64,000 nt of DNA from the NCBI GenBank assembly GCA_965140445.1, contig OZ223236.1, positions 2,112,001 through 2,176,000 of the forward strand. The letters run 5' to 3'. Origin of the DNA: Candidatus Ozemobacteraceae bacterium. Lineage in GTDB: Bacteria > Muiribacteriota > Ozemobacteria > Ozemobacterales > Ozemobacteraceae. Shown here in pieces: positions 1 to 9,799 of this stretch. The position numbers and the translations under genes were made by a program. A model generated the notes under the pieces. It saw nothing but the letters and a program-made list of their open reading frames with translations, was not told the DNA's origin and made no database searches. Position 1 is the first letter of the stretch, and every line of letters begins with the position of its first letter.

Positions 1-525
1 GATATTTTACCTCTTTCACTATTTACTGGTTTGGTGTGTGCTGTAGCTTTGAATTCTAAAATGCGTGACAAATCCATTGAAACCTGGTTGAAATGGCCAA
101 ATGATCTGTGGTTGGGCTTTAATAAAATTGGTGGAATTCTTGTTGAAAATGTAATTCTGCCAGAATCTCAAACAGCAATTATTGGAATTGGTATTAATTT
201 GGGAGATTTTGAGAAGGACGGTATAAAATACATTGCTCCACTTGTTTCATGTGATGCATTAGAAGTTTTGAAGACTTTCTTTTATAATTTTCAAGATATT
301 ATGAATACCGATCTTGAATCTCAAGTGAAACGGTGGAATTTTTTTGCTGCTCCAATGTTTGAAAACAGGTTTCTTGCCATTCTTCCTGATGGAAAAGAAA
401 AGATTGTTAGGCCTGTCAAAGTTTTAAATACAGGTGAGCTTGTTTGTCTTTGTGAACAGGGAGAGGCCGTTCATTTTAATTCTTTGCGAAGACTAGTGCC
501 AATAAAAAAAGCTGTCAAATTGTGA
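1..525 (+). CDS. birA: Biotin--[acetyl-CoA-carboxylase] ligase, 5'-truncated by the window edge
   Basis: Frame is open from position 1. Motifs LKWPND, KIGGILVE and IIGIGIN are typical of BPL/BirA, and the C-terminal segment is SH3-like (LNTGELV). Confidence 0.85.
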   Translation, partial: DILPLSLFTGLVCAVALNSKMRDKSIETWLKWPNDLWLGFNKIGGILVENVILPESQTAIIGIGINLGDFEKDGIKYIAPLVSCDALEVLKTFFYNFQDIMNTDLESQVKRWNFFAAPMFENRFLAILPDGKEKIVRPVKVLNTGELVCLCEQGEAVHFNSLRRLVPIKKAVKL

Positions 526-539
526 CAGCTTTTTTTTAT
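502..539. terminator. Bidirectional intrinsic terminator between convergent genes
   Basis: aaaaaaaGCTGTCA-aattg-TGACAGCttttttt inverted repeat with A/T tracts on both sides; overlaps the birA stop codon. Confidence 0.8.
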
Positions 540-550
540 CAGGTTCGTGG

Positions 551-2860
551 TTAAATGCCTTTAACTCCAACTTTAAGAGTGTAAGAGAATCTTTTTTCAG
601 TCGTACTGCCAGTGATTGTAATATAGGCATTCTCCGTTGGCTGAATGAACTTATAAGCAAATGAATCGCCCATCTTATCAAGACTTCCAGAGTTCTTGGA
701 AATGCCGTCATAAATTTCAATCTGAACGGTATTCCGATCAACGTTGTTTGCAAAGTTGAGGCTAAAGTTTAACTCAGTGTTTTTGGTGATCTTGCCAAGT
801 GAAGGGGTTTGGTTATCCATGAAGTTAAAAGATTGATAGATGCTTTCAGAGGGGGCCTGTATCGATAAGGCTGCGATGAATGCATTTTCTTCATTTTTTT
901 TCACATTTTCAGAATCAGAATCTTCAGTTAATACATCCGCTTGTTGTGCCGAGCTAGAGCTTCCTGAAACATTATTTGCCATGGCATATTCAGAATCGCT
1001 TGACCCGTTTGAATTGCTGGTTTCATCATAATTGTTATCGTAATTGCCAGATGTGTTTTGTTGAAGTGAACTGGAATCGACCTGAGAAGAGTTTGTGCTG
1101 CCATGATTAAAGTTATCCCCTTCTGAATTATTGGAGCTGTAACTTCCATTGTTCTGGTTGCTGTCTGTGTATGCCCCATTCTCATGATCCGCCTGGCTAT
1201 TATTGTTGTCTGCGGTTGAATCATTCCCTGTTTCGTAGTCTTGACTATTATTGCTTATCTTAGAGCTGCTTACATTGCTATTGGTATTTTGATTAATCCC
1301 GTTTTCGTAAGATTTCCCATAATTTGAAGAATTGTAAGAGCTGTTTTCGTTGTTGGGATTATTATTGTTTGAGCCATAGTTGCTTTGAGAGCCGTAAGAG
1401 CCTGAATCTAAATTTGAGTTTGAACCTGAATTTGAGCTGAAACCTGAATTTTCATTAACTGCTTGTTGAGAGCCAGAGTTACTATGCGCTGAGCCAGTTT
1501 GGCCATCATTGGTTGAAGCTTGAGATTGATTGTTCTGGTTGTAGCTGGTGGAATTTTCCGGTTTTGAATAAAGATCTGAAAGGTCTACCTGTTCTGAATT
1601 GCCAAATGTTGAATGTTTATAATTTCCTGATGAATTAGAAGTTCCTGCCGAGCTTGATAATTGCATCGAAGCATCGTTTCCACTTCTTTGAGTAGATCCT
1701 TTGCTGTCAATCGTTCGACTGTCGAAATCAACTTTGATTACAGGTATGTTAACTTCCATCAGTTTGCGGGAACCAGCGCTGGTGTTAGAATCTTTATAAA
1801 CAACTTTGGCAGAATACTTATCTTCAGATGGTACTCTGAACATGTGACGATAGTTTTTCATCTTTGATGATGTAACTGGCGCTCTTTCGCCTTCTTCATC
1901 TGTTATAACAAGTGAGACATCTTGAGGGTTTATGCTTTCGTCAAGCTCTACTGCTATTTTTATACGAGTGTCTTCTGGAATTTTAAACTTTTTGAGTTTA
2001 TAGCTGGTTGGGGAACTGCCATTGAGGTTGCTGGAAAATATTTCTTCTGAAAAATCTGTAGGATGCTGAATAACCATTCTTACAGCTGGAGGAGGGAGCT
2101 GTGTTGGTGCAATGTCAAGCTTAGGTTTGGAAGCTTTTGAGGGTGATTCTTCTGGCTTTGCAGGACTGGATGAACCTGTTGAACCTTTCGCTGGTGATGG
2201 AGATGGGGAGTCAGAACTCTTTTCGGTATCATCTGCAACCCTGGTTGAGGCTGGAGTACTTGAAACCGGAGCTGATGTTGGGGTAGGAACTCCGGCAACT
2301 TTCGTATTATCTGTAGAACCCGTGCTGGAAGGGGCGTCTGGTGTTACGACGGTGGTGGGAGTGGTCGGCGGGGTTGCAGCGGTTGAGGCTGCTTTTTCTT
2401 TTCCTGTGTTAAAATCTGCTTCACTGTATGAATCTGATAATACATATTTTCCGTCTTTGAATTTTATACTCCACTGATAACCAGCCGCTCCACCTGCAAA
2501 TCCAGTGGAACCTGGGGTAGCCTGATTTATCATTGTGTTTTTTAGCTTGTTTATACTGTCATTAACGGCGGTATTCATGCTTTTTGCCGCTTCGTTGTCA
2601 GAAGTTGAAGTGCTGCTGGAATTCTCTGATATCTTTGAAACGTCTGGTGTTTCGTTTTCCCCGATGTCGTTTTGCTGTTTTTCCCAGTTGTCTTCGACTT
2701 CTTTGAGATGGTCTTTCATTTTTTTGTCATATTCAGAGGACCTTACTTGTGCAGCTTTTTCGGCAGCTTCAAAAGATTCGAATTCTAAATCTTCTGCTAA
2801 AGTTAGCGTATTGAAAAATAGTAAACAAATAACTGCAAAGCAAAAATATTTAAAATTCAT
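551..2860 (-). CDS. Secreted/surface protein with Pro/Ser/Thr-rich and Asn/Ser/Gln-rich low-complexity tracts and two putative beta-sandwich domains
   Basis: 769-aa ORF with signal peptide (MNFKYFCF...TLA) and GGGGAG RBS upstream. Low-complexity linkers separate beta-strand-patterned segments (~aa260-380, ~660-769). Confidence 0.7.
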   Translation of the reverse strand: MNFKYFCFAVICLLFFNTLTLAEDLEFESFEAAEKAAQVRSSEYDKKMKDHLKEVEDNWEKQQNDIGENETPDVSKISENSSSTSTSDNEAAKSMNTAVNDSINKLKNTMINQATPGSTGFAGGAAGYQWSIKFKDGKYVLSDSYSEADFNTGKEKAASTAATPPTTPTTVVTPDAPSSTGSTDNTKVAGVPTPTSAPVSSTPASTRVADDTEKSSDSPSPSPAKGSTGSSSPAKPEESPSKASKPKLDIAPTQLPPPAVRMVIQHPTDFSEEIFSSNLNGSSPTSYKLKKFKIPEDTRIKIAVELDESINPQDVSLVITDEEGERAPVTSSKMKNYRHMFRVPSEDKYSAKVVYKDSNTSAGSRKLMEVNIPVIKVDFDSRTIDSKGSTQRSGNDASMQLSSSAGTSNSSGNYKHSTFGNSEQVDLSDLYSKPENSTSYNQNNQSQASTNDGQTGSAHSNSGSQQAVNENSGFSSNSGSNSNLDSGSYGSQSNYGSNNNNPNNENSSYNSSNYGKSYENGINQNTNSNVSSSKISNNSQDYETGNDSTADNNNSQADHENGAYTDSNQNNGSYSSNNSEGDNFNHGSTNSSQVDSSSLQQNTSGNYDNNYDETSNSNGSSDSEYAMANNVSGSSSSAQQADVLTEDSDSENVKKNEENAFIAALSIQAPSESIYQSFNFMDNQTPSLGKITKNTELNFSLNFANNVDRNTVQIEIYDGISKNSGSLDKMGDSFAYKFIQPTENAYITITGSTTEKRFSYTLKVGVKGI

Positions 2861-3058
2861 TTTATTTTCTCCCCAGAAAAATTAAAAAAAGAAGCGATTA
2901 AGTCTAGCTTTATAGGACTTTGCGAAGCTAGACTAATTTTTTTTGTCATTTTAAAAATGTGTCTCACTAATATTATACGTTTTAAATGCTGAAAAAGTTA
3001 CCAATAAGTAATATTATTCTTTGTGGATAATTATTTGTACAGATTTATGGAGGGTGTT

Positions 3059-3517
3059 GTGGTTTATGATGCTGGAAAGTTAATTTCGTGTAGGATTTGT
3101 GGCGCAATAATTGTTAAGTTGTCGAGAGACGTATGCCCCAAATGCTTTCAAAAAGAAGAAGAATTATTTCAAAAAGTAAAATCATATTTGAGGACCAGTC
3201 CAGGGTCTACAATTGAACAGGTTGCAAGCGATTTAAAGTGTACCGAAAAACAGGTTGAAGATTTTATTAAGTCTGGAAGATTGGAAAGAGTTGGAGTGCA
3301 AATAAATCACCCTTGCCAAATCTGTCAGAAAGAAATTTTGGAAGGAATAATTTGCCCGCTATGTAAGAAGGATCTGAAAGAGCAAGTGAGTTCCTTAAAA
3401 AATTCTACTGAAGATGATAACGGATCTGATCTTAACGGAAAAGATTCTGGTGATTTGGACCTTTCAAAGAAAAAGAACACTGGGGCCGGTGGACATGTTG
3501 GGAAGCGATCTAAATAG
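3059..3517 (+). CDS. YvyF-like (TIGR03826 flagellar operon protein-like) zinc-binding/HTH protein
   Basis: CxxCG..CPKC..EEELFQKVKSYLR..PG.T...V...I..GRL..CxxC..I..G..CxxC pattern. A GTG start at 3059 follows GGAGG (ORF track starts at 3023). Confidence 0.75.
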   Translation: MVYDAGKLISCRICGAIIVKLSRDVCPKCFQKEEELFQKVKSYLRTSPGSTIEQVASDLKCTEKQVEDFIKSGRLERVGVQINHPCQICQKEILEGIICPLCKKDLKEQVSSLKNSTEDDNGSDLNGKDSGDLDLSKKKNTGAGGHVGKRSK

Positions 3518-3525
3518 GTTGATTG

Positions 3526-3554
3526 TTGAAAAGCAATTTACTCTATGCTAGACT
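3526..3554 (+). promoter_or_regulatory. Putative sigma70 promoter for the 3723-onward gene run
   Basis: TTGAAA-N17-TAGACT with an extended TG motif before the -10 box. Confidence 0.5.
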
Positions 3555-3722
3555 TACAAGAATTTAGAGCTTCTAGCTCTCTATTATACTATTTTAGAGG
3601 GCTGTGGTCTCTAGAGTTTAAAGGCGGCTAAGCCGCTAGTTTGTGCATTAATAGCTGTTTGTTTCAAGGAAACGGAAACAGCTTTTGATAAAATCACTCT
3701 AATTAAGGCGTAGGGAGACGGT

Positions 3723-5846
3723 ATGAATCCAACTGAGGAAAAAGGGGAGATCAGTAACGAATTCTTCAAAAAACTGAACCAACAAATCGTTCAGAAAGAT
3801 AATCTGATAAAGCTGCTCCAGTTGCAAATCCGCAACCTGAAGTCCCAAGTTGAAGAGGGAAGCGGAAGCAAAGAAGAAACCGCAGAACTCGAAAAAGCTC
3901 TTGAGGAAAAATCTTCTGAAGTGCAGCGATTGCTAGAAGAATTTAATGGTCAAAAGGAACAATTCGAAGTTCTATCCAGAGAAAAAGATGAGCAGATTCA
4001 GCAATTAAACCGGATGCTCGAAGAGCACCAGGGTGGAGACGCTGGGGCTGAAACTCTTGAGGACCCAAGAGTTCCAGAGCTTGAAGAAAAGCTTAGTGCT
4101 TTGCAGCAGGAGCTGGAATCGGAAAGAGCTACACGTGGAGAGCTTGAACAAAAAGTAGCGGAAACCGAAGGGGTTGAAGCTGTTATTCAAGAACTCCAAC
4201 AGGAAGTTGCATTTCTTCGTGAAAATGCTGGCGGTTCTACTGAGGAACTGCAAGCTGAAATTCAGCAGCTCCGCATTGCTGCGGAAGCCTCTAATGTTGA
4301 AATGGAACAACTTGGAATGGCTTTGCAGGGGAAAATAGAAGAAGTTAATAATTTAACTGCCCAAATTGAATCCTCTGCCGGAGAGCAAGATGCAAATTCC
4401 AGAGTGCTTGAGCTTGAACAAGATCTGGAAACTTTAAGAAATTTATTAGCCGAAAAAGATGAAGCGCTTGCAAATTCTTCAGCTGCTGGAGACAGTGGTC
4501 AGGCTGCAGAAATTCTTGAGCTTCAAACTCAGCTCGCTACAGCTACATCTGAGCTAGAGCAGCTGCGTTCTCAGCCAGCAGTTTCAGAAGAAATTGAAGC
4601 TGAGTTGGTTCGACTCAGAGAAGAAAATGCTTTAGTGGAAGACCTTAAGGCAAGGGTCAGCTCTCTCGAAGTTGAAGCGGCTTCATCAACCGAAATGGCG
4701 ATGAAAATTACCGCTTTAGAATCTGAGAGAGAACAGCTTGCTCAAGAAATGGAAAAAATTAAAGCTGAAAGCTCTGGAGATCCTGCTGAAGTTGACGCCT
4801 TAAAAGCTCAAATTCAGGAAATGGAACAAAAGCTTGGGGCTCGCGAGACAGAAGTTGCTGAGCTCAGAGTTGCTCTTGAGTCAAATCAGTCAGATGGTGA
4901 AGATGACTCGTCCATCAAAGAAGAAATTGAGCAATTAACTGCTCAGATCGCTGATCAGTTGCTTGCAATTCAAAACTTTGAAGGCATGCTTCAGGAAGCT
5001 AGAAATCAGGTTGAAGAAAAAGACCGTGAGATTTCTGTTCTTAGGTCTCAGGCAAATGTTGCTCCTCAGGCAGCCTCGGTAATCCCTGTAGACGGAGAAA
5101 GCGATATTATAACAAGCCTGCTGGATTTCTTCGATGGTTTAGACTCTTTACTTTCAAGAAACCCTATTCCAGAATTGCAAACCCTTCATCAGAAGCTTTT
5201 GGACAGACTTATTATTCCTAACCAGATTGCATATATGCCTGTAATCTCTGAAGAATTTAACCCTGAGTCACACCTGGCAACTGATTACTTTACCTCTGAT
5301 AGATTTCCTGAAAAGTGTGTCGTTTTTGAAGTTGAAAAAGGATATACAAAGGGCGATACCGTGGTTAAAAAGGCTAAGGTATGGGTTGTTCAAAATTTAT
5401 TCCAATGCCAGGCATGTAATGCCATTCAAAGTAATTCAGACAGTAGATTCTGCCATATGTGTGGAGCCAAAATAATTGCTCCAAATGGTCTTCCAGTGGA
5501 TAGTCTCCCTGTGTTCGAACCTACGCCGACCACATATCTTAGATTTGCTGAAAGAATGCTTGAAAAAGATGACACTGCAAAAGCCCGGGAATATTTAGAG
5601 TCAGGACTTGAGTTGGATTCCAACTTCTTCCCATTGATGGTTAAACTTGGAGACCTGTATGCAGCAGAATCTAACTTCGAGGAAGCAATAGATGTGCTTA
5701 CTCGTGCAGTTAAGGTAAAAGCTGATCCTAGACTTCAAGATAAAATTCAGGAAATGCAGGTTAAATTAAATATTTTCAAGCAAGCCCAATCCCTACATCT
5801 AAATCCTGAAGAACTGGATAAACTGGTTCATCTAATTAAGAAATAA
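3723..5846 (+). CDS. Long acidic coiled-coil protein with C-terminal GrpE-like domain, zinc ribbon and TPR repeats
   Basis: ~450 aa of E/Q/L heptads, then a GrpE-type motif (LLDFFDGLD...EEFNPESHLA...VVFEVEKGY....VVKKAKVWV), CxxC..FCxxCG and TPR-like helices. RBS AGGGAG. Confidence 0.7.
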   Translation: MNPTEEKGEISNEFFKKLNQQIVQKDNLIKLLQLQIRNLKSQVEEGSGSKEETAELEKALEEKSSEVQRLLEEFNGQKEQFEVLSREKDEQIQQLNRMLEEHQGGDAGAETLEDPRVPELEEKLSALQQELESERATRGELEQKVAETEGVEAVIQELQQEVAFLRENAGGSTEELQAEIQQLRIAAEASNVEMEQLGMALQGKIEEVNNLTAQIESSAGEQDANSRVLELEQDLETLRNLLAEKDEALANSSAAGDSGQAAEILELQTQLATATSELEQLRSQPAVSEEIEAELVRLREENALVEDLKARVSSLEVEAASSTEMAMKITALESEREQLAQEMEKIKAESSGDPAEVDALKAQIQEMEQKLGARETEVAELRVALESNQSDGEDDSSIKEEIEQLTAQIADQLLAIQNFEGMLQEARNQVEEKDREISVLRSQANVAPQAASVIPVDGESDIITSLLDFFDGLDSLLSRNPIPELQTLHQKLLDRLIIPNQIAYMPVISEEFNPESHLATDYFTSDRFPEKCVVFEVEKGYTKGDTVVKKAKVWVVQNLFQCQACNAIQSNSDSRFCHMCGAKIIAPNGLPVDSLPVFEPTPTTYLRFAERMLEKDDTAKAREYLESGLELDSNFFPLMVKLGDLYAAESNFEEAIDVLTRAVKVKADPRLQDKIQEMQVKLNIFKQAQSLHLNPEELDKLVHLIKK

Positions 5847-5869
5847 AAAGAAACAGGAACTGAACTGAA

Positions 5870-8539
5870 ATGCCACAGAATAATACTATTGAAAACCTTC
5901 CAAAAGCCTATGATCCGGTAGATGTCGAAAGCAAGATATATGATAGCTGGGAAACCTCAGGTTGTTTTCGTGCTGATGAAAATTCGGATAAAGAAAAGTT
6001 CTGCATTGTAATCCCTCCCCCTAACGTTACTGGGATGCTAACAATGGGACATGTTCTAAACAACACCCTGCAAGACATTCTTATCAGATACCACCGGATG
6101 AATGGAAAAGAAACTCTTTGGCTGCCTGGCACAGACCATGCAGGAATTGCTACTCAAAACGTCGTTGAGAAAGCGCTTGCAAAGGAAAAAGTGTCCAGAC
6201 ATGACTTAGGAAGAGAGAAATTTCTGGAAAAGGTTTGGTCCTGGAAAGAAAAGTATGGTGGCATCATTCTTAGTCAGCTAAAGCGACTTGGCTGTTCTTG
6301 TGACTGGGAAAGAGAAAGATTTACTATGGATGATGGCCTTAGTAAAGCCGTTCAGAAAAGCTTTATTCAGCTTTACGAAGATGGCCTTATTTACAAGGGA
6401 AAATACATCATCAATTGGTGTCCACGCTGTAGAACCGCTTTGTCAGACGAAGAAAAAATTCCAGAGGATACAAAAGGTAGCCTTTGGCACATGAGATACC
6501 CAAGAAAAGATGGAAAGGGTTATGTTGTAGTAGCTACTACCCGCCCTGAAACTATGCTTGGTGACACGGCTGTGGCAGTTAGCCCGGAAGATGAAAGATA
6601 TAAAGATTTAATCGGACAAACTCTAATTCTTCCTTTCATCGGAAGAGAAATTAAGATTGTTGCTGATGAATATGTTGATCCTGCCTTCGGAACCGGTGCC
6701 GTAAAAATTACTCCAGCTCATGACCCAAATGACTTTGAAATGGGAAAAAGACATAACCTCGAACAGATCGTTGTAATGGACGAAGGCGGAGTTATGAATG
6801 AGCAGGCTGGTGAATTTAAAGGCATGGACCGATTTAAAGCCAGAAAAGCTATTATTGCCAGACTTGAAGAAGAAGAATTGCTTGAAAAAATTGAAGATCA
6901 TGATTTAGCAGTTGGTCATTGTGAGCGATGTAAAACCGTTATTGAACCATATCTATCTGATCAATGGTTTGTAAAAATGAAACCTCTTGCGGTAAAAGCT
7001 GTAGAGGCGATAAATGACGGCACTCTAAGATTTACTCCTTCCAGATGGAATGGCGTGTATTTGCATTGGATGGAAAACATTCGCGATTGGTGTATCAGCA
7101 GACAACTTTGGTGGGGCCACCGAATTCCGGCATATACATGCTCCAGTTGCGGGGAAGTTATGGTTGCAGACCAGATGCCACAAAGCTGTAAAAAATGTAA
7201 TGCCACTGAAGGAATTGCTCAGGATGAAGATGTTCTGGACACATGGTTTTCTTCATGGTTATGGCCTTTTTCAACAATGGGCTGGCCAGAGGATACAGAA
7301 ACTTTAAGAAAGTTCTATCCAACTGACTCGCTTGTTACGGGGCCGGATATCATTTTCTTCTGGGTGGCCAGAATGGTTATGGCAGGATATTATTTTATGG
7401 ATGAATGCCCTTTCCATGATGTTTATTTCACAAGCATCGTTAGGGACATGAAGGGCCGTAAAATGAGCAAATCTTTGGGAAATAGCCCGGATCCTCTGGA
7501 TATTATCTCAAAGTATGGCGCTGACGCCCTTAGATATACTGTCATTTCTTTGGCTCCAGTTGGGCAGGATATCAAGTTTTCTGAAGAAAAAGTTGAAATC
7601 GGCAGAAATTTTGCAAATAAACTGTGGAATGCTTCAAGATTTGTTCTTATGAATCTTGAAGGAGCAGAGTGTAGCGTTGAAGCAGCTTTGCCTGATGAGT
7701 CTCTGCTTAGCCCTGCGGATCGTTGGATTCTCTCTCGAATGAACAATGCTATTGAACAGGTTAGACAGAATCTCGCCGATGGACAGTATAAATTTAATGA
7801 TGCGTTAAAAGCTGTTTATGAATTTATATGGAATGAATACTGCGATTGGTATATTGAAATGTGTAAGCCCGTTCTTAATGGCGAAGATCAAGCAGCTAAA
7901 GCTGCTGTTCACCAGGTTCTGGTGTCATGCTTAGATGGCGCTTTAAGAATGTTACATCCTTTTATGCCTTTCATTACTGAAGAAATCTGGCAGAAATTAC
8001 CAGGTGCAAATGGCACTTTGATGACTTCTCAATTCCCTGTTTCTGAAGCTTCTCGCGTGAATGTTCCTTTGGAACAGGAGATCGGTGAGCTTATGGAAGC
8101 GGTTAGGGTTATAAGGAACCTGAGAGCTTCTGCTAATGTTTCACCAGCCAAAAAAGTAACCGTTAGGGTAGTAAGCACTGATGGAATAAGCAGTATATTC
8201 AATGATCATAAGGCGTTAATCTTAAAATTGGCCAGATTAGAAACCTTAGAAATTGTTGAAAGCAAACCAGAGGGACATTTGGTTAGCTTAATGGATTCAA
8301 CAGAGATTTGCCTCGACTTAGCCGGTTTAATTAACAAAGAATTAGAGCTCGAAAGAGTTGAAAATGAATTGGCTAAGATTCAAAAAGAGATGGCAAAAAT
8401 ATCTGTAAAACTGGAGAATGAAAACTTTGTTAAGAAGGCTCCAGAGGCTGTTGTTCAGAAAATTCGTGATGGAATCCAGGCCTATGAACAGCAGATTGAA
8501 AAACTTAACGAATACCAGAAAGAATTGAGGGCTATTTAA
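5870..8539 (+). CDS. valS: Valine--tRNA ligase
   Basis: Motifs [48 protein letters not shown] and KMSKS, plus the C-terminal coiled-coil arm. Confidence 0.98.
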   Translation: MPQNNTIENLPKAYDPVDVESKIYDSWETSGCFRADENSDKEKFCIVIPPPNVTGMLTMGHVLNNTLQDILIRYHRMNGKETLWLPGTDHAGIATQNVVEKALAKEKVSRHDLGREKFLEKVWSWKEKYGGIILSQLKRLGCSCDWERERFTMDDGLSKAVQKSFIQLYEDGLIYKGKYIINWCPRCRTALSDEEKIPEDTKGSLWHMRYPRKDGKGYVVVATTRPETMLGDTAVAVSPEDERYKDLIGQTLILPFIGREIKIVADEYVDPAFGTGAVKITPAHDPNDFEMGKRHNLEQIVVMDEGGVMNEQAGEFKGMDRFKARKAIIARLEEEELLEKIEDHDLAVGHCERCKTVIEPYLSDQWFVKMKPLAVKAVEAINDGTLRFTPSRWNGVYLHWMENIRDWCISRQLWWGHRIPAYTCSSCGEVMVADQMPQSCKKCNATEGIAQDEDVLDTWFSSWLWPFSTMGWPEDTETLRKFYPTDSLVTGPDIIFFWVARMVMAGYYFMDECPFHDVYFTSIVRDMKGRKMSKSLGNSPDPLDIISKYGADALRYTVISLAPVGQDIKFSEEKVEIGRNFANKLWNASRFVLMNLEGAECSVEAALPDESLLSPADRWILSRMNNAIEQVRQNLADGQYKFNDALKAVYEFIWNEYCDWYIEMCKPVLNGEDQAAKAAVHQVLVSCLDGALRMLHPFMPFITEEIWQKLPGANGTLMTSQFPVSEASRVNVPLEQEIGELMEAVRVIRNLRASANVSPAKKVTVRVVSTDGISSIFNDHKALILKLARLETLEIVESKPEGHLVSLMDSTEICLDLAGLINKELELERVENELAKIQKEMAKISVKLENENFVKKAPEAVVQKIRDGIQAYEQQIEKLNEYQKELRAI

Positions 8540-8541
8540 AC

Positions 8542-9765
8542 GTGAAATTCAGTGCAACACCAAAGGAACAACTTGAAATCGTTACAACTGGGACAGCTGA
8601 TGTAATTTCCCGTGAAGAGTTACTTAAGAAGCTTGAAAAGTCATATGAGACTGGCAAGCCCCTAACCATAAAGCTTGGCGCAGACCCATCTGCTCCAGAT
8701 ATTCATCTTGGTCATACTGTTGTGTTACAAAAAATGAGACAGTTTCAGTCTCTTGGCCACGATGTTGTCTTTTTGATCGGTGACTTCACAGGAAGAATTG
8801 GTGATCCCACTGGTAAAAAAAAGACTCGCCCTGCTTTAACAGAAGAAGAAGTTCTTGCCAATGCCGAAACCTACAAGAATCAGATTGGTAAAATTCTTGA
8901 TCTGGAAAAAACAAGAATTGTTTTTAACTCTGATTGGCTTGGAAAGATGACTTTTGCCGATGTTCTGAAGTTGAGCTCTCAATATACGGTTGCGAGAATG
9001 CTTGAAAGAGATGACTTTGAAAAGCGATTTAAAAGTCAAACTCCAATTAGCGTTGTTGAGTTTATGTATCCGTTAATGCAAGGATACGATTCTGTCGCTT
9101 TAAAATCCGATGTTGAACTAGGCGGAGTAGATCAGACTTTCAATCTTCTTGTAGGTAGAGAATTGCAACGGGCTTATGGACAAGCTCCTCAGGTAACCCT
9201 GACCATGCCAATTCTCGAAGGCTTGGACGGAAAAGAGAAAATGTCCAAGAGTCTTGGAAATTACGTTGGGATAGACGAAGAGGCTGGCCAGATATATGGC
9301 AAATTGATGTCAATTCCTGATGATTTAATGATGAAATATTATGAATTGCTTACAGATCTTTCATTGACCGATCTGAACTCTGTTCGCGAAAGAATCGTAA
9401 CAGAGCCAAAGAAAGTTAAGATGATGCTGGCAAAGCAGATTACTTCTCAATACCATGGAACTGAAGCTGGAGATGCTGCGGAAGCTGGCTTTGAAAAGCT
9501 TTTTGGCAAATCTGGAGATGGTCTTCCTGATGATATTGAAGAATTAGAACTATCTGTGGGAGACGAAGGTATCCCGCTAATGAAACTTCTTACCACCGCA
9601 GATATGGCTCCAAGCGGTGGAGAGGCTAGAAGACTACTCAAACAGGGTGGAATCAAGATTGACCAGCAGAAGGTTGAAGATGCTCAATTGCTTTTAAAAG
9701 CAGGAACAGAGTTTATTCTACAGGCCGGAAAGCGCAAGTTTAAAAAGATTATATTGAAGTCCTGA
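8542..9765 (+). CDS. tyrS: Tyrosine--tRNA ligase
   Basis: Motifs [29 protein letters not shown] and KMSKS, plus a C-terminal S4 domain ([14 protein letters not shown]). GTG start. Confidence 0.97.
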   Translation: MKFSATPKEQLEIVTTGTADVISREELLKKLEKSYETGKPLTIKLGADPSAPDIHLGHTVVLQKMRQFQSLGHDVVFLIGDFTGRIGDPTGKKKTRPALTEEEVLANAETYKNQIGKILDLEKTRIVFNSDWLGKMTFADVLKLSSQYTVARMLERDDFEKRFKSQTPISVVEFMYPLMQGYDSVALKSDVELGGVDQTFNLLVGRELQRAYGQAPQVTLTMPILEGLDGKEKMSKSLGNYVGIDEEAGQIYGKLMSIPDDLMMKYYELLTDLSLTDLNSVRERIVTEPKKVKMMLAKQITSQYHGTEAGDAAEAGFEKLFGKSGDGLPDDIEELELSVGDEGIPLMKLLTTADMAPSGGEARRLLKQGGIKIDQQKVEDAQLLLKAGTEFILQAGKRKFKKIILKS

Positions 9766-9799
9766 GTATAGGACATAATTAAGGAGACAGATTAATAAA

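Noticed and set aside
840..2885. Several short + strand ORFs antisense to the 769-aa gene (and similar shadow ORFs across the window)
   Set aside because: They are antisense or out-of-frame shadows of well-supported genes, with no RBS or recognisable motifs.
3560..3722. T-box riboswitch or CIRCE upstream of the aaRS/GrpE-like genes
   Set aside because: No AAGGTGGNACC-type T-box sequence and no TTAGCACTC-N9-GAGTGCTAA are present.
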